Of a stretch of DNA of 64,000 nt, positions 1-12,842 are shown piece after piece (position 1 is the stretch's first letter; each line of letters starts with the position of its first letter). A model generated the notes under the pieces. That model was not told the DNA's origin and searched no databases. It saw only the letters and a list, made by a program, of their open reading frames with translations. Source of the DNA: Octopus sinensis (lineage: Eukaryota); NCBI RefSeq assembly GCF_006345805.1, contig NC_043005.1, positions 34,720,001-34,784,000 on the forward strand, read 5' to 3'. The position numbers were made by a program, and so were the translations under genes.

Positions 1-65
1 CATAAAGACACCATCCGAAGACCCGGCGACGTAGTCAGTCCACCTGTGCATACCTTCCCTCTTAT

Positions 66-796
66 GACACTTGTGAAGACCTGTTGAGGCAAGTGTGTGA
101 CACTTGTGAAGACCTGTTGAGGCAAGTGAAAATCAAACCAAATCAAAATAGATGAATATCAATGGAATTTGTATCTTTGTGGTTCCAGTACCGGTGGCAC
201 ACAAGAAAACCATCCGAAGTGGCCGTAGCTGGTACCGCATCGACTGGCCTCCGTGCTGTGGGCACAACAAACACCATCTGATCGTGGCCGTTCGCCAGCC
301 TCACTGGCACCTGTGTCGGTGGCACATAAAAACACCATCCAAAGACCCGGCGACGTAGTCAGTCCACCTGTGCATACCTTCCCTCTTATGACACTTGTGA
401 AGACCTGTTGAGGCAGAGGCAAGTGTGTGACACTTTGTGAAGACCTGTTGAGGCAGAGGCAAGTGTGTGACACTTGTGGAGACCTGTTGAGGCAAGTGTG
501 TGACACGCGTGACACTTGTGAAGACCTGTTGAGGCAAGTGAAAATCAAACCAAATCAAAATAGATGAACATCAATGGAATTTGTATCTTTGTGGTTCCAG
601 TACCGGTGGCACACAAGAAAACCATCCGATCGTGGCCGTTCGCCAGCCACATCTGGCACCTGTGTCGGTGGCACATAAAGACACCATCCGAAGACCCGGC
701 GACACAGACAGTCCACCTGTGCATACCTTCCTTCTTGTGACACTTGTGAAGACCTGTTGAGGCAAGTGACACTTGTGAAGACCTGTTGAGGCAAGT
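66..796 (+). repeat. 29-bp unit GACACTTGTGAAGACCTGTTGAGGCAAGT x8, nested in three ~320-350 bp higher-order blocks
   Basis: Block marker CATAAA(G/A)ACACCATCC...CATACCTTCC at ~1, ~325 and ~674; 2+4+2 subunits. Confidence 0.9.
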
Positions 797-965
797 GAAA
801 ATCAAATCAAATCAAAACAAATCAAAATAGATGAACATAAATGGAATTTGTATCTTTGTGGTACCAGTGCCGGTGGCACACAAGAAAATCATCCGAACGT
901 GGCCGTAGCCAGTACCGCATAGACTGGCCTCCGTGCTTTGGGGACGTAACAAACACCATCCGATC

Positions 966-1218
966 GTGGCCGTCCGCCAGCCTCATCTGGCACCTGTGTC
1001 GGTGGCACATAAAAACACCATCCGAGCGTGGCCGTCTGCCAGCCTCGTCTGGCACCTGCCAGCCTCATCTGGCACCTGTGTCGGTGGCACATAAAAACAC
1101 CATCCGAGCGTGGCCGTCTGCCAGCCTCGTCTGGCACCTGTGTCGGTGGCACATAAAAACACCATCCGAGCGTGGCCGTTCGCCAGCCTCGTCTGGCACC
1201 TGTGTCGGTGGCACATAA
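966..1218 (+). repeat. 62-bp tandem repeat, ~4 copies
   Basis: CGTGGCCGT..GCCAGCCTC.TCTGGCACCTGTGTCGGTGGCACATAAAAACACCATCCGAG; copies start at 1109 and 1171. Confidence 0.9.
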
Positions 1219-1391
1219 AATCACCCACTACACTCTCGGAGTGGTTGGCGTTAGGAAGGGCATCCAGCTGTAGAAACACTGCCAGATCTGACTGGCCTGG
1301 TGCAGCCTTCGGGCTCCCCAGACCCCAGTTGAACCGTCCAACCCATGCTAGCATGGAGAACGGACGCTAAATGATGATGATGATGATGATG

Positions 1392-1427
<36 letters not shown>

Positions 1428-1431
1428 AAAT

Positions 1432-1628
1432 TTTGTGTGTTTCTGTTTGTCCGCCCACCATCGCTTGAAAACCAATGCTGGTATCTTTAGGTTGCTGTAA
1501 CTTAGCAGTTTGGCAAAACAAACTGATAGAGTAAGTACTAGGCTTACAAAAAATAAGTCCTGGGGTTGGTTTCTTCAACTAAAACCCTTTAATGGCTGCA
1601 GTCAAATGACTGAAACAAATAAAAGAAT
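1432..1628 (+). mobile_element. SINE family A, 3' half
   Basis: Matches the 3' half of the full copy at 60190-60583. Confidence 0.75.
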
Positions 1629-1699
1629 ATATATAAATGCACACACACACATATATATATATAATAGTGGCTGATAGCTGTAGAGGAGCTTTGTCAGTA

Positions 1700-1865
1700 A
1701 TCATCATCATCATTTAATGTTTGACCAGGGCTGCACCAGACTTCTGATTTGGCATGGTTTCTACAGCTGGAAGCTTTTCCTAATGCCAACCACTCCAAGA
1801 GTGTAATATGTGCTTTTACATGTCACTGGCATGGGTGCTAGTTGTGTGACACCAGTATCTGCTAT
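1700..1865 (-). mobile_element. Degenerate RTE-tail copy
   Basis: (CAT)n then reverse complement of the tail (TTTCTACAGCTGGA..CCTAATGCCAACC). Confidence 0.65.
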
Positions 1866-2044
1866 GAGTACTATTTCACTTTCTGCAACTTCGCAAAGGT
1901 CTTTGAGCGGGTATCACCATGACAACTTTCTCTGTCATGGTCAATGTGATGATCACATGCTACACACCTTCCATCCAAGTACTGCTATAAACAGCAGAAG
2001 TGAGCCGTAATGTTAAAACTTAGTGTGAATGCACATCAGATTTT

Positions 2045-2338
2045 AAGGTCACATGTGACATTGGAAGAAATAAAAATTAAGGCAGAGACGGACAAGTTTA
2101 TCATAAAAATTAAAAAAAAAACAATGAGATCAGAAGAAACAAAAACAAAATATGTGTGGCTGGATGTAACACAGTTCTGAATTTGCATTTGACACGTGAT
2201 AATGTGCTTATGTGTTCACAGAGGGTCGTAATTCCTACCTCGCTACAAGTTTGAATGTTAAAGGAATTCTAAACTGGACATCCAGGAATTTCTAGGATGA
2301 AGTCACTTATGAGGAGTTATGTTTACTGGCAGAAAATG
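2045..2338 (+). mobile_element. Gypsy pol remnant, integrase zinc-binding region
   Basis: Translates DNVLMCSQRVVIPTSLQV*MLKEF*TGHPGISRMKSLMRSYVYWQKM. Confidence 0.85.
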
Positions 2339-2556
2339 TGGATGCTGGTTTTCTACATTTACACATTTCTGGCAATTTTGTAAAGCTATCTACCACTATT
2401 AGATAATATGATTGGTTTAACGATCCTGTGAAATCTATGTGTAGTCTGGACCATGGAATATCAGTCTTGGGCCAGGGTTGAAATTTTATAGGTAGTGATT
2501 TCGCTGCCAGAGCACAACCTCTGCAGGATTTTACCAACTTCTCGATATCCATTTTC
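2339..2556 (-). mobile_element. Inverted continuation of the same Gypsy integrase
   Basis: Minus strand MDIEKLVKSCRGCALAAK..PWPKTDIPWSRLHIDFTGSLNQSYYLIVVDSFTKLPE. Confidence 0.85.
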
Positions 2557-3430
2557 CAAAAATAAAAGTATTTAAAAAGAAAAATCAAAAAAATGTCAAC
2601 TAGATTATGGCTGGGAGATAACAGTTTACTCAAAGTAGCTGCCCTCAGCTTCCACCACAACCTCAAGATGACTCCAAAACTTGATACAGCATTCCTTGCT
2701 GTGTCCTTGGAAAGGTCTTCAAACACCTCCTTGATCTTGGCCACCAACTTGGTCTTGGTGTGGCAGGAAGAGCTGTTGATGTCTTTCTCAACCATTCCCC
2801 ACACATAGGAATCTATGGGACTACAAATGGGGAAACTGAAAGGAGACTGGTGAAGTTTTAGAATTTTACTAACAACTACTTCTGACACTTTCCCGTGCTG
2901 CCAGATATATGGCATACCAGCAGCAATCCTCTCCAGTCAAGGATTGACCAAAATCTCCAGAAGGTTCACATAGCCATCTGAATTGAGCCTAAATCCCTGT
3001 TAGAAAAAAATGAGGATGAACTCTAACATGTGGACACAGTCAGAATGTCTGCTGGCCATGACTTTGTAGTCTCTGTTGCATCTGTCAATGTCATATCTTG
3101 CAGCCATTACAGTGCTCACAGACCATTGAGCAGCCATCATGATGTTGGCACTTTGATACTTGGCATGAATCATCTCGACACAAGTAACTCTTTTCCAAAT
3201 TTCAGATAGCTTCCAGTTCCCCATGTCAGCTAACTTTTTCTTTACTACAACTTTAATCTTTATGCTCTCAAACACCCATGACTGTTCAACAATATGTCAA
3301 GCTGTTCTTGAAAAAAAGGAGGCATACAAAAAAAATGTCATATTTAGCTTAAACACTGTACAAATCAATAAAATAAATACCAGTAATTCTCTGAGGCCCA
3401 TTTAATTAATTACTTTTATTTTCAAAACAT
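2557..3430 (-). mobile_element. Internally deleted Tc1/mariner (maT/DD37D-like) transposon
   Basis: N-term LSEIWKRVTC..HSDCV..EFI; C-term RLNSDGYVNLLE..YIWQ and PIDSYVWGMVEKDIN..; residual TIR AAAATAAAAGTA (2559-2570) / TACTTTTATTTT (3411-3422). Confidence 0.75.
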
Positions 3431-4837
3431 TTTTGTGAACATGTGCCAAACATGAAAACTGAAAGAAACCTGCTTTGTGTGTGTGTGTGTGTGTGTGTGT
3501 GCGTATCTTCATCTAGAGATCACATGATGGTTGTACCTGACCATCATCATAGTAAAGGCAAGTTTGTTCTTTTCCAGCCTTACATGATAAAAAATGTCTG
3601 GCTGGTGGGAAGATGTCAGTTACTTTGCTTGGAAACATGTGAGTGTTGGTGACAGAAAGGGCAAGTGAGCCACAGAGAATCTGCCTCAACAAATTCAGTT
3701 TGACCCAGACAAACATAGAAAAATGGACGTTTAATGTTTGTTGTTGTTCAAAATGATGTGCTAAAATTAGAGATCATTATTATTCACCGATATTATTCAT
3801 AAATTCTTATTATTACTTATTTGCACGAACTAGATTATGAAACGTGACGTTAGTCATTATAAGCAAAAAATTGGAGCAGAAAAAGAAAAAAATCTACTAG
3901 TGGCAGATTGCCAGATTGGTGGCGGCATTACCAATTAATCAACAAAGAACATGACATTCCATTTTCCCCAAAGTAGGTACTCAAAATACAGCAACTGTTA
4001 CCATTTTTTGCTGCCTCAGACTGGTACTTAAAATGACTAATTTACATTACATTAAAACGTTAAAATATAATTTCTCAATTTTAAGAGTTGGAAATATAAT
4101 TAAATTATAATTTGTTTCACTTATGTGTGTGTGTATGTATGTAAGTGTAAGCATGAGAGCATGCTTGTTCATGTATATATATGTGTGTATATAAACACAT
4201 AATAATTGTATGTGTGTATGCTTGCTTAAGTATATGTGTATATGTATATGAATGTAAGTATATGTGCATGTATGCTTACATATATGTGTGTTTATATACA
4301 TAAAATAACTACTAGCTTGGTCAAATAGTTAAGAAGCCCACTTCACAATCAATAGGTACAGGTTCAATCTCACTGAACAGCACCTTGAGCAAATCTCCTT
4401 TTTTTACTGTACTAGCAATTCAAAGTTTATGCCGCATCACACACCATATCTTATTTATTCAGATTGAATATCATGTGAAAGGGACACATATTTATGAAAT
4501 ACTCAGCCACTTTCACTATTATTTAGTGAGTAGGTAGCTCCATTGACAAAACGACTGGAATACACAACACTGAACGTAAGACTAGGATGGATGGTTGGAT
4601 GCATGCATGCATTGTCATAATCATTTAACATTTGTATTCTATGCTGATATGGGCTGGATGATTTAGGGCTGGATGATTTAACAAGATCAAACTAGCCAGA
4701 GGATTGCATTGAGCTCTGGTGCCTGCTTTGGAATGGTTTCTATGGCTGGATACGTTTCCTAATGCCAACAACTTTACAGAGTGTACTGGGTGCATTTTAT
4801 GTGGCACCTTTAGTAAAAAGGAGCATTACCATTAAGG

Positions 4838-5042
4838 CAGTAAGCTGGCATATCATTAGCACACTGGGCAAAATGCTAAGTGGCATTTTGGCCATCTTTA
4901 TGTTCTGAGTTCAAATTCTGCTGAGATTGACTTTGCCTTTCATCCTTGTGGGGTTGATAAAATAAGTATCAGTCGAATACTAGGCTCAATGTAATCGACT
5001 TACCACCTCCCTGAAATTGCTGGCCTTGTGCCAAAACTTGAA

Positions 5043-5080
<38 letters not shown>

Positions 5081-5310
5081 AGTAGCAAGCTGGCAGACCT
5101 GTTACTGTGCTGGACAAAATGTTTAGCAGTACTTCATCTGGTTCTTTAGATTTTTAATTCAAATGCTATTGAGGATAACTTTGCCTTTCATCCTTGGGGG
5201 AGGTGGGGTTAATAAACTAAAGTACCAGTCAAGTACTGGGGTTGATGTAATAGACCTGCTCCTGTACTCCTCTCAAAATTGCTAACTTTGTGCCAAAATT
5301 AGAATTATCA
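4838..5310 (+). mobile_element. Two tandem SINE family B copies separated by (ATT)n
   Basis: Each has GCTGGCA head, TTC(T/A)GAGTTCAAAT box and ACTTTGCCTTTCATCC..AAGTA(T/C)CAGTC..TGTGCCAAAA tail. Confidence 0.8.
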
Positions 5311-5585
5311 TAACGTAAGACATGAGATAGAATAGTAGTTTCTTACTACTGAGATTACAATCTAAATCCCAGTATTATCCAATAATTCCATCTGATATGG
5401 ATTTACCACCTGCAGCCAGAATGGAATATGCCATGAAAGTTAGTTCATCAAAACAACTTAATATTTGATTAACTTAATTTTCAAAACTGAAATAGGTTGA
5501 TTTCATTCAATGAAGTGATAAAATTGTTCAAACTTATATTTTTGGAAAGTTATAAAATATTCTTTTTTTTTTATATATATATGTT

Positions 5586-5616
<31 letters not shown>

Positions 5617-5724
5617 GTTTATGTATATATATATATATATATATATATGTTTATGTATATATATATATATATATAAAGTTAGCAAGGAAATTGAAAGTGA
5701 GGTTGTTTCTGGCAACAGTGGTGT

Positions 5725-6070
5725 CTGTTCTATATTGGGCTGAAACATAGATGCTCACTAAAGCATTGAAGAAGCAGTTGGACGGTTGCTATATGAAGAT
5801 GCTTAGAATGGCACTCAATGTCTCCTGGAAGAGTCATACAACAAACACCAACTTATACCAGGGACTACCAAATTATTGAAGATACAGCATAGAAGGGTGA
5901 GGCTAGCTGGACATTGCATCAGACATACCAATGAAATTGCTAACAAGCTAGACCTCTAGCAACCAACAGAAGGAAGAACCAAGAGAGGAAGACGACCTAT
6001 ATTGACAATTTGCTGGAGAATACTGGTATAGAAGGGTAGATGAGCTGAGGACCATTATGGAAGGTCAAGA
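5725..6070 (+). mobile_element. RTE-clade LINE, post-RT fragment
   Basis: Frameshifted ..MLTKALKKQLDGCYMKMLRMALNVSWKSH..RRVRLAGHCIRH..QPTEGRTKRGRRP. Confidence 0.75.
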
Positions 6071-6704
6071 TGAATGGGGACAATGTGTGGAAACAGTCTT
6101 GGGGCGTTCTATGGGACAATCTAGATGAGGTGTTGTTATGTTAACCACGGTCAAGTATGCTTAAGATGACTGCATGACTAACTTACATATCATTGGCCAC
6201 CCATCTGTTCAACAGCACAGTGTCATGGAGAAATATTCAGCATTGTCATCAGCATAAGGACATGGCCAATTCTACATCCCCTTCTTGATGCAAGACATTT
6301 GTCAGGTCATTTTTGAAATTTTCAACCTAATTACAGACAGACTGTAATAGTAAAACACTGCTGCCATACTGTGCTGAAAGCCTTCTATGGATCTTGGCCC
6401 CTGATATCTTCAAAAAAGTTATAAAAGATCATAAAAAACTGCCTTCCATTGAAGCTAACAGAAAGCAGAATGGCTGTAATTAATGCAAGAACAATGACAC
6501 AATTACTGTTTCAAGTTTAGACCTGAACCATAATAACCAAAAGAAAATTATGCCTAGTGATACTTGCATTAAATTTCACTGCCATATATATCTTATATAT
6601 AATATATATCTTATAGATAATTAATGACTTACCTTCATTTTTATACAGCAATTAGCTATTATGTTTAGATTTTCATAAATATAGTTTTTCTTAATTAATT
6701 GACT

Positions 6705-7078
6705 ATGTGGCAAAGAAGCTCACTCTGCAACCACATGGTTTCAGGTTCACTCCCACTGTGTGGAACCTTGAGCAAATGTCTTCTATTATAGCCCTGGGCC
6801 AACCAATGTCTTGTGAGTCAATTTAGTAGATGGAAACTATCTGGAAGCCCATCATGTGTGCATGTGTGTGTGTGTTATTTATGTTTGTCTCCCACCACCA
6901 CTTGATAAGTGTTGGTTTATTTACATTCCTATAACTTAGCAGTTCAGCAAAAGAGACTGACAGAATAAAACTAGACTTTAAAATAAGTACTGTAGTCGAT
7001 TTATTCATCTGAAATACTTCAAGACAGTGCCCCAGCATGGCTGCAATCCAATGACTGAAACAAGTAAAAGATGAAAAA
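6705..7078 (+). mobile_element. SINE family A, decayed near-full copy
   Basis: Colinear with 60190-60583. Confidence 0.75.
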
Positions 7079-7719
7079 TAAGATGTGATTTTAAATGCTC
7101 TTCCATTTCTGTAAGATGATAGTCCCAGGTCATGTTTAAATGAAGCAAACTTAGGATTAAAAAGCATTCCAGTCATGGCCAGCCTGTATTTTTATGACTA
7201 ACTAATGTGTCATTCTCTTGTTTTTAAGATGAAAAGGTGTGATTTGAGGAAAAGTTGGTTGATATTTTTATAACAGGAAGGGGTGAGCAAAGTGTTGTAG
7301 GCTCAGCTGACTTAAGGTACTGTTATCATATAGGTAGGGGTTTATAGTTAAGGTATGTTGTAATAATAAAAGGGCTGAAAATAGGGATGCTGGTTGGGTT
7401 AGTAAGAGGGTAGATGGCAACGGTAGCAGCAGTAGGGTAGTAATGATGGATATCTGTAAGGCTGATGATGGTGAGAGCTACCAAGAAATAGTTGGGTGGG
7501 TGTTAGTTGGGAGCAGTTTTTGGAGTGATTACAATTTTATTAGCAATGGAACTACAGTAGTAGAAGTAGTGGTAGTAGTAACTACTACATGTGTGTGGTG
7601 TGGTGTGTACGTATATGTGTATGAGTGTGTGCATGCATGAGCATGCGTGTGTGTGCTTGAGTGTGTGTGTGTGCACTTGAGTGTGGGCTTGAGTATGTGT
7701 GTGTGTCTATGTGTGTGAT

Positions 7720-7755
<36 letters not shown>

Positions 7756-8544
7756 GGATAGTAAAAGATGATGTAAAGCAGATGTTTCTCATACATCAGT
7801 CTGACTCTAAACTGCCCAACCCTCTCCCCCACCTACCTACCACTTCACCTATCTTTCCCTACCTTTTCCATCTTCTTCTTTTTCTTCTTCTTCTTCTACC
7901 ACTAACCGATATTAGTGCTGCTGATCCAACCGCAGCAACCAAACGGAAGTTTCCATCATAGATAGATTCATCCACCTTTTGACTCTACCTGCTACCTTTG
8001 CAGTTACTTCTCTCTCTCTTTCTTCCACCCATGACAGATGGCTAGCAAACTACGCAGTTGTCGAGAGGGAGGGGTCTTGCTTTAAATGACTATTTTCGAG
8101 TGCAGCATCATAAATATTAGGAAACGCTCACCAAGAGTACAACAAGCAGTGGTAACAGCAGTAGCAGCAGCAATAATGTTAATCACAGATTACCTCACTG
8201 TGATGACGTGGTACTAAGTGGCTACAATAATTAAGTCAGCATGCATGCACACACTCATACACACATACCCATATATACTCACACACACAAACACACACAC
8301 AGACTCAAACTGCAGTTTGATGTAATTACTTCTTACAACTCAAAAAATAAGTTATGACAGAATGTTAGATACATGGAATATCTCCACCATGACCCTCACC
8401 ACTAATCTGCAGGTGTTAGTCTGACCACCCTTCCTAATGTGTGTGTGTGTGTGTGTGTGTGCATGCGTATATGATGGACTCTTCTGTCGTTAGACGATGT
8501 ATGAGGGTTCGACAATTTCTTACCGAACAACTACACAGCTGATT

Positions 8545-8660
8545 TGTTTATAGTGATCAAATGTTTACCTGTACAGGTAAACAAATGTTTATAGTGATCA
8601 AATGTTTACCTGTACAGGTAAACAAATGTTTATAGTGATCAAATGTTTACCTGTACAGGT
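8545..8660. repeat. 41-bp tandem repeat x2.8 containing a perfect 22-bp palindrome
   Basis: Units start 8545, 8586, 8627; TGTTTACCTGTACAGGTAAACA at 8562-8583 and 8603-8624. Confidence 0.95.
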
Positions 8661-8669
8661 GCAATAGGT

Positions 8670-8965
8670 GTCACATGGCAGACGTCACAATGATTGCAGA
8701 ACAATGTGAAATGAACTGTTCAGCCTGGGAATCGAACCATGATCTCGCACCTTAAACACTAAGCCATGCACCTTCACAAAAAGACTGGTACTCCGTCAGT
8801 TACAACAACAAGGGTTCCAATTGATCTGATCAATGGAACAGCTTGCTCATGAAATTAAAGCAAAAGTGGCTGCACACTCCACAGACATGCTTACTCTTAA
8901 TGTAGTTCACTGGGAACTTCAGTGTGACAAGGCTGACCCTTTTGAAATACAGGTACTACTCATTT
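8670..8965 (-). mobile_element. SINE family C fragments
   Basis: GTGAAATGAA..GGGAATCGAACC..CTAAGCCATGCACCTTCAC matches copies at 22.7, 31.9 and 55.8 kb. Confidence 0.55.
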
Positions 8966-9650
8966 TTGCCCTTTGTCACCAGCAGAGGTAAGAGCTCTCT
9001 AAACTTTGCCCAGGCTATTCTTATTCTAGCAGCTACACTTTCAGCGCACCCTCTCCCGCTACTGCCTTGGTCACCTAGGTAACGGAAGCTATCATCTACT
9101 TCTAGTTTTTCTCCCTGGAATGTAGTGGAAGTTGTTCTCTGCACATTTTCAGTGTTTATTGCTCCTGGACATCTGCTACATACAAAAACTATCTTCCCAG
9201 TTAGCCTTCCCTTGATATTGCTGCACCTCTTATGTGTCCATAGCTTACATCTTATAGAATTTCTACCTATGCCTCTACTACAGATCGAGCAGGGCCATCT
9301 ACCTGAAGAGATTTGTGGTTTGCCTGCCTTCCTACTTATTAGGACTTTGGTTTTAGCAAGGTTGACTCTAAGGCCCCTTCGATTCTAATCCTTGTTTCCA
9401 CACCTGAAACTTTTCCTCAAGTTCTGCTAGTGATTTAGCAAGTAGAGCAAGGTCGTCAGCATAGAGGAGCTCCCAGGGGCATCCTGTTTTGAATTCCTCT
9501 GTTATTGCCTGAAGGTCTATGATAAATAGGAGGGGACTAAGGACTGAACCATGGTGGACCCCTACCTCAACCCGGAATTCTTCACTGTACTTGTTGCCAA
9601 CCCTCACCGTACTGACAGCGTCTCTGTACATGTAATCATTCATTTGCAAA
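8966..9650 (-). mobile_element. RTE LINE reverse transcriptase fragment
   Basis: YRDAVSTVRVG..VGVHHGSVLSPLLFII..PWELLYADDLAL; DSFRYLGDQ..RIRIAWAKFRELLPLLVTKG. Confidence 0.92.
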
Positions 9651-11104
9651 ACATGAGAGAATTGAAAGATATTAATATTTGCCTCAGATAGTATTACTTC
9701 ATCACCTGAGGAAGATAGCATACAGTACTATCTTTTTGTCAGAATTAAAGTATCTTTTCATAAGTTTATCACAGGCATGATTTTGTTATACTCTTGTCAA
9801 TGGTTGAAACTAAAATAAATTTTATGTACTAATGAAGTACTAAATGAAGATGGTGAAGGTAATGGTGGTAGGAGGCCTTGGTGACACTTTGTCATATTTT
9901 AATTATATGGCGAATTATTAGGATGTGAGTACACCGTGCGAATTCTAAGTCCCACACAAATTCTAAGTTCATAACTACAGATAAACTGTAATTAATCTTT
10001 CAATATCCATATCTTGTTATGATGCAAAAATTATTTTTTAAAAATTAATGATATTTTCCTTAGGACTCACAATGTTTCAAATTTGCAATGTGTTATGCAA
10101 TTTAAAAATAAAACTAGTTGGTCCGAGAGACTAATTTGGAAAAAATGTAAAATTAATCATTATAATGGCCTACAATTTCAGAACTATTAAAGATATCGAC
10201 CTAGTACTTGATATTTTCCCATCATATAGATACAGGAGCTAGTATGAAATTTTTCAGGGGGATCTGAGGGATAACCTGGGACCCTCTGGGTGATTTGACA
10301 GGGATGGACCCATATACATGTCTGTGGACAGTCCCTAATTTTACAATATGACTGGTTTCTATACAGTTTCTATGTACTAAATTCCATTTAACATGGTATT
10401 GATCAGTTTAACACTATACTAGAAGACATTTGCCCAAGGGTCATGGAGTTGAACTGAACCTTAAACCACATGGCTGAGAAGTAGATTTCCTAACTCCTTG
10501 AGCATGTTTGTGCCTATCATGAAAATAAACAAATTATGAAGAAAGGGACATTTATTGGGGGACACCACCACCACCACCAGCAACAACAAAATGATCAGGC
10601 TGCTTTTCTGAACACATCAACTCCAGACTACATTTCTGTAAATCTTTTTACTACTTCAATTATTCCATCCTTCTGCAACTTCTATTTATATTTGGTCTCT
10701 CAGATCTTTCCCCACATCTTGTACAAACCATTCTTACCATAGAACTCACTTCTCATGAAAATGACTTCCATTTATTTATTTATTTTCTCATTCCATTAAC
10801 CTTCTGTAATTTAAATTAAAAATTCACCAAGCTAATTGCCTCCAGTAATCCTGCCTCCATTCTAAGAAACTATGAAAAGGTTATAAAAACAAACAAACAT
10901 TGTAAGACAAAAGAATTAAAACAATTACAACAAATATTTGTACTTAGGGATATAAATGAAAAATCACTTGTCAAATTATATAAAGCAATCACTAAACTAT
11001 TAATGAGAAGACAAAATGCCAATGAGACACAATGGTGATGAGATGGAATGGTGATAATAAAACAGAATGGTGAGGATTACATGGACTGATGATTGATTAG
11101 TCTT

Positions 11105-11280
11105 CTGAATCAAAGCTGTAACAGCAATCCCTGTACTTGACTGGTATTTTATTTTATCACAACTGAAGGAATGAAAGGCAAAGTTAATCTCAGCAAGATT
11201 TGAACTCAGAAGGTAAAGAGCCAGAAGAAATGCAACAAAGCATTTTGTCCAACATGCCAATGATTCTGTCATTTCACTGA
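11105..11280 (-). mobile_element. SINE family B
   Basis: GACTGGTATT..GAAAGGCAAAGTT..TTTGAACTCAGAA. Confidence 0.7.
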
Positions 11281-12647
11281 CTTGGTGAAAGATATGATTT
11301 TGAAAAGAAATTTTAAAATCAATCAACTCTGCTCTCCATGGATGTCATCTTATTTACCTTACATGTTTGACTATTAAATGATTCTAAATAGAGAATACCC
11401 CAAACCACCACTAACAACATCAACATTAAGATGCATTGAAAACAATAAGAGAGGCTTTGTAAGCCTTTACCTATTAGGGAAGGATAATTTTTTTAAAATC
11501 GAACATTGTCCTATATTTGAATACCTAAAGTACATCATTTATTCATCCATATATTTTTTTCTGAGTCACCCCAGTCAATAAGAATAAAACTGATCATGGT
11601 TGCCAAAGTGATAAACAGTTAAGTTATGCTTGATAGGTTCTGTTAGCTAAGAGTTGTCTCTATGAGAACCAAACTGATACAGACAAAAACCAACTGACAT
11701 ATACCTCTCCCTTATAGTTGATATATTACTTGTTTTATTGACTCTCTATGAATGCAAAGCTAAGGAAATTTGAAGGAGAAAAATAGCCATTGAAAAATCA
11801 GTCTCTCTGTTCACCATTGACAATGCATCATGAACCTATGCAGAATGTCAGTGATACAAAGTAATAAAAATTAACTCTTAAAGAACCAGACAATGGAAGA
11901 ATGTTCTTGTAGCAGTGATGTTATATATGTATAGTATTAACAAATTGATTCCTTTTGGCTGTTCCAGTGACCTAATGCTTGAAAAACATGTGAGTCATAA
12001 ACAACAAAGAGAAGACATATGGTACATTGCTAACATAAGACACATATATATATATACACACATACATTATATGTGTGTGTGTGTGTACATGAAAGGAAGG
12101 CAGTGAAGCGATTAGAGAAATATATGATGAACACACACACATCCCCAAAACAAGACATCTGGTGTAAGAATAAACCAGGACAGAACCTGAAGAAAACTGA
12201 TTTAATCAGAAACACGGTTTCAAACCTAGGTAAAGCAAAAGAAATTACAAGTGAGAGAATGAAGATCTCAGTCTTATCTACAGATTACACAGAAAGTGTA
12301 TATAAGGGAGGGGGAGAGAGAAAAAACGAGAGCGCGTGTGTGTTCTGTCTGACAACTAATATTTTTCAAAATGTGTGCTTCAACTCAAGTCAAAAGGGTG
12401 AGAAGCCCTTGGGGTGGTTCTTGGTTTTGGGTAGATGGAATGGAATGGACGGTGGAGACATGGTGTGTAAGAACTTACATGCAAATAATTTCTCACTCAA
12501 ACATTCCTCTGTAATTACTTGTCTGAGTTGATTTTTAAAAATTTCAAATATTTAGAGACTGCATTTGAAGTAAGAATGTTCCTGTGGCTTAAATACATAA
12601 CTGAAACATTTTATACATTATATGTGTGTGTGTGTATATCATCATCA

Positions 12648-12786
12648 TCATCATCGTCGTTTAACGTCCGTTCTCCATGCTAGCATGGGTTGGACGGTTC
12701 GACCGGGGTTCTGGGAAGCCAGAAGGCTGCACCAGGCTCCAGTCTAATTTGGCAATGTTTCTACAGCTGGATGCCCTTCCTAACGC
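12648..12786 (-). mobile_element. Young RTE-tail short copy
   Basis: Near-identical reverse complement of 1245-1390. Confidence 0.85.
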
Positions 12787-12787
12787 C

Positions 12788-12827
<40 letters not shown>

Positions 12828-12842
12828 GTATGTATATATTTA

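Larger units (their letters stand above)
1..1392 (+). mobile_element. Young RTE LINE 3' UTR and tail, internally amplified; starts before the window
   Basis: Ends GGTTGGCGTTAGGAAGGGCATCCAGC...CCCATGCTAGCATGGA...(GAT)n, the same tail that follows RTE ORF remnants at 39.6-40.0 kb and 40.5-40.9 kb; CpGs intact. Confidence 0.75.

Noticed and set aside
66-1218. CRISPR-like array of ~29-bp repeats
   Set aside because: No unique constant-length spacers, no cas genes, eukaryotic LINE 3' UTR context
2307-2915. 202-aa ORF as one gene
   Set aside because: Chance fusion of maT transposase, TIR and inverted Gypsy integrase
12073-12531. 152-aa ORF with internal TATATAAG
   Set aside because: No recognisable homology, starts in a (TG)n tract, no correctly spaced Inr on either strand
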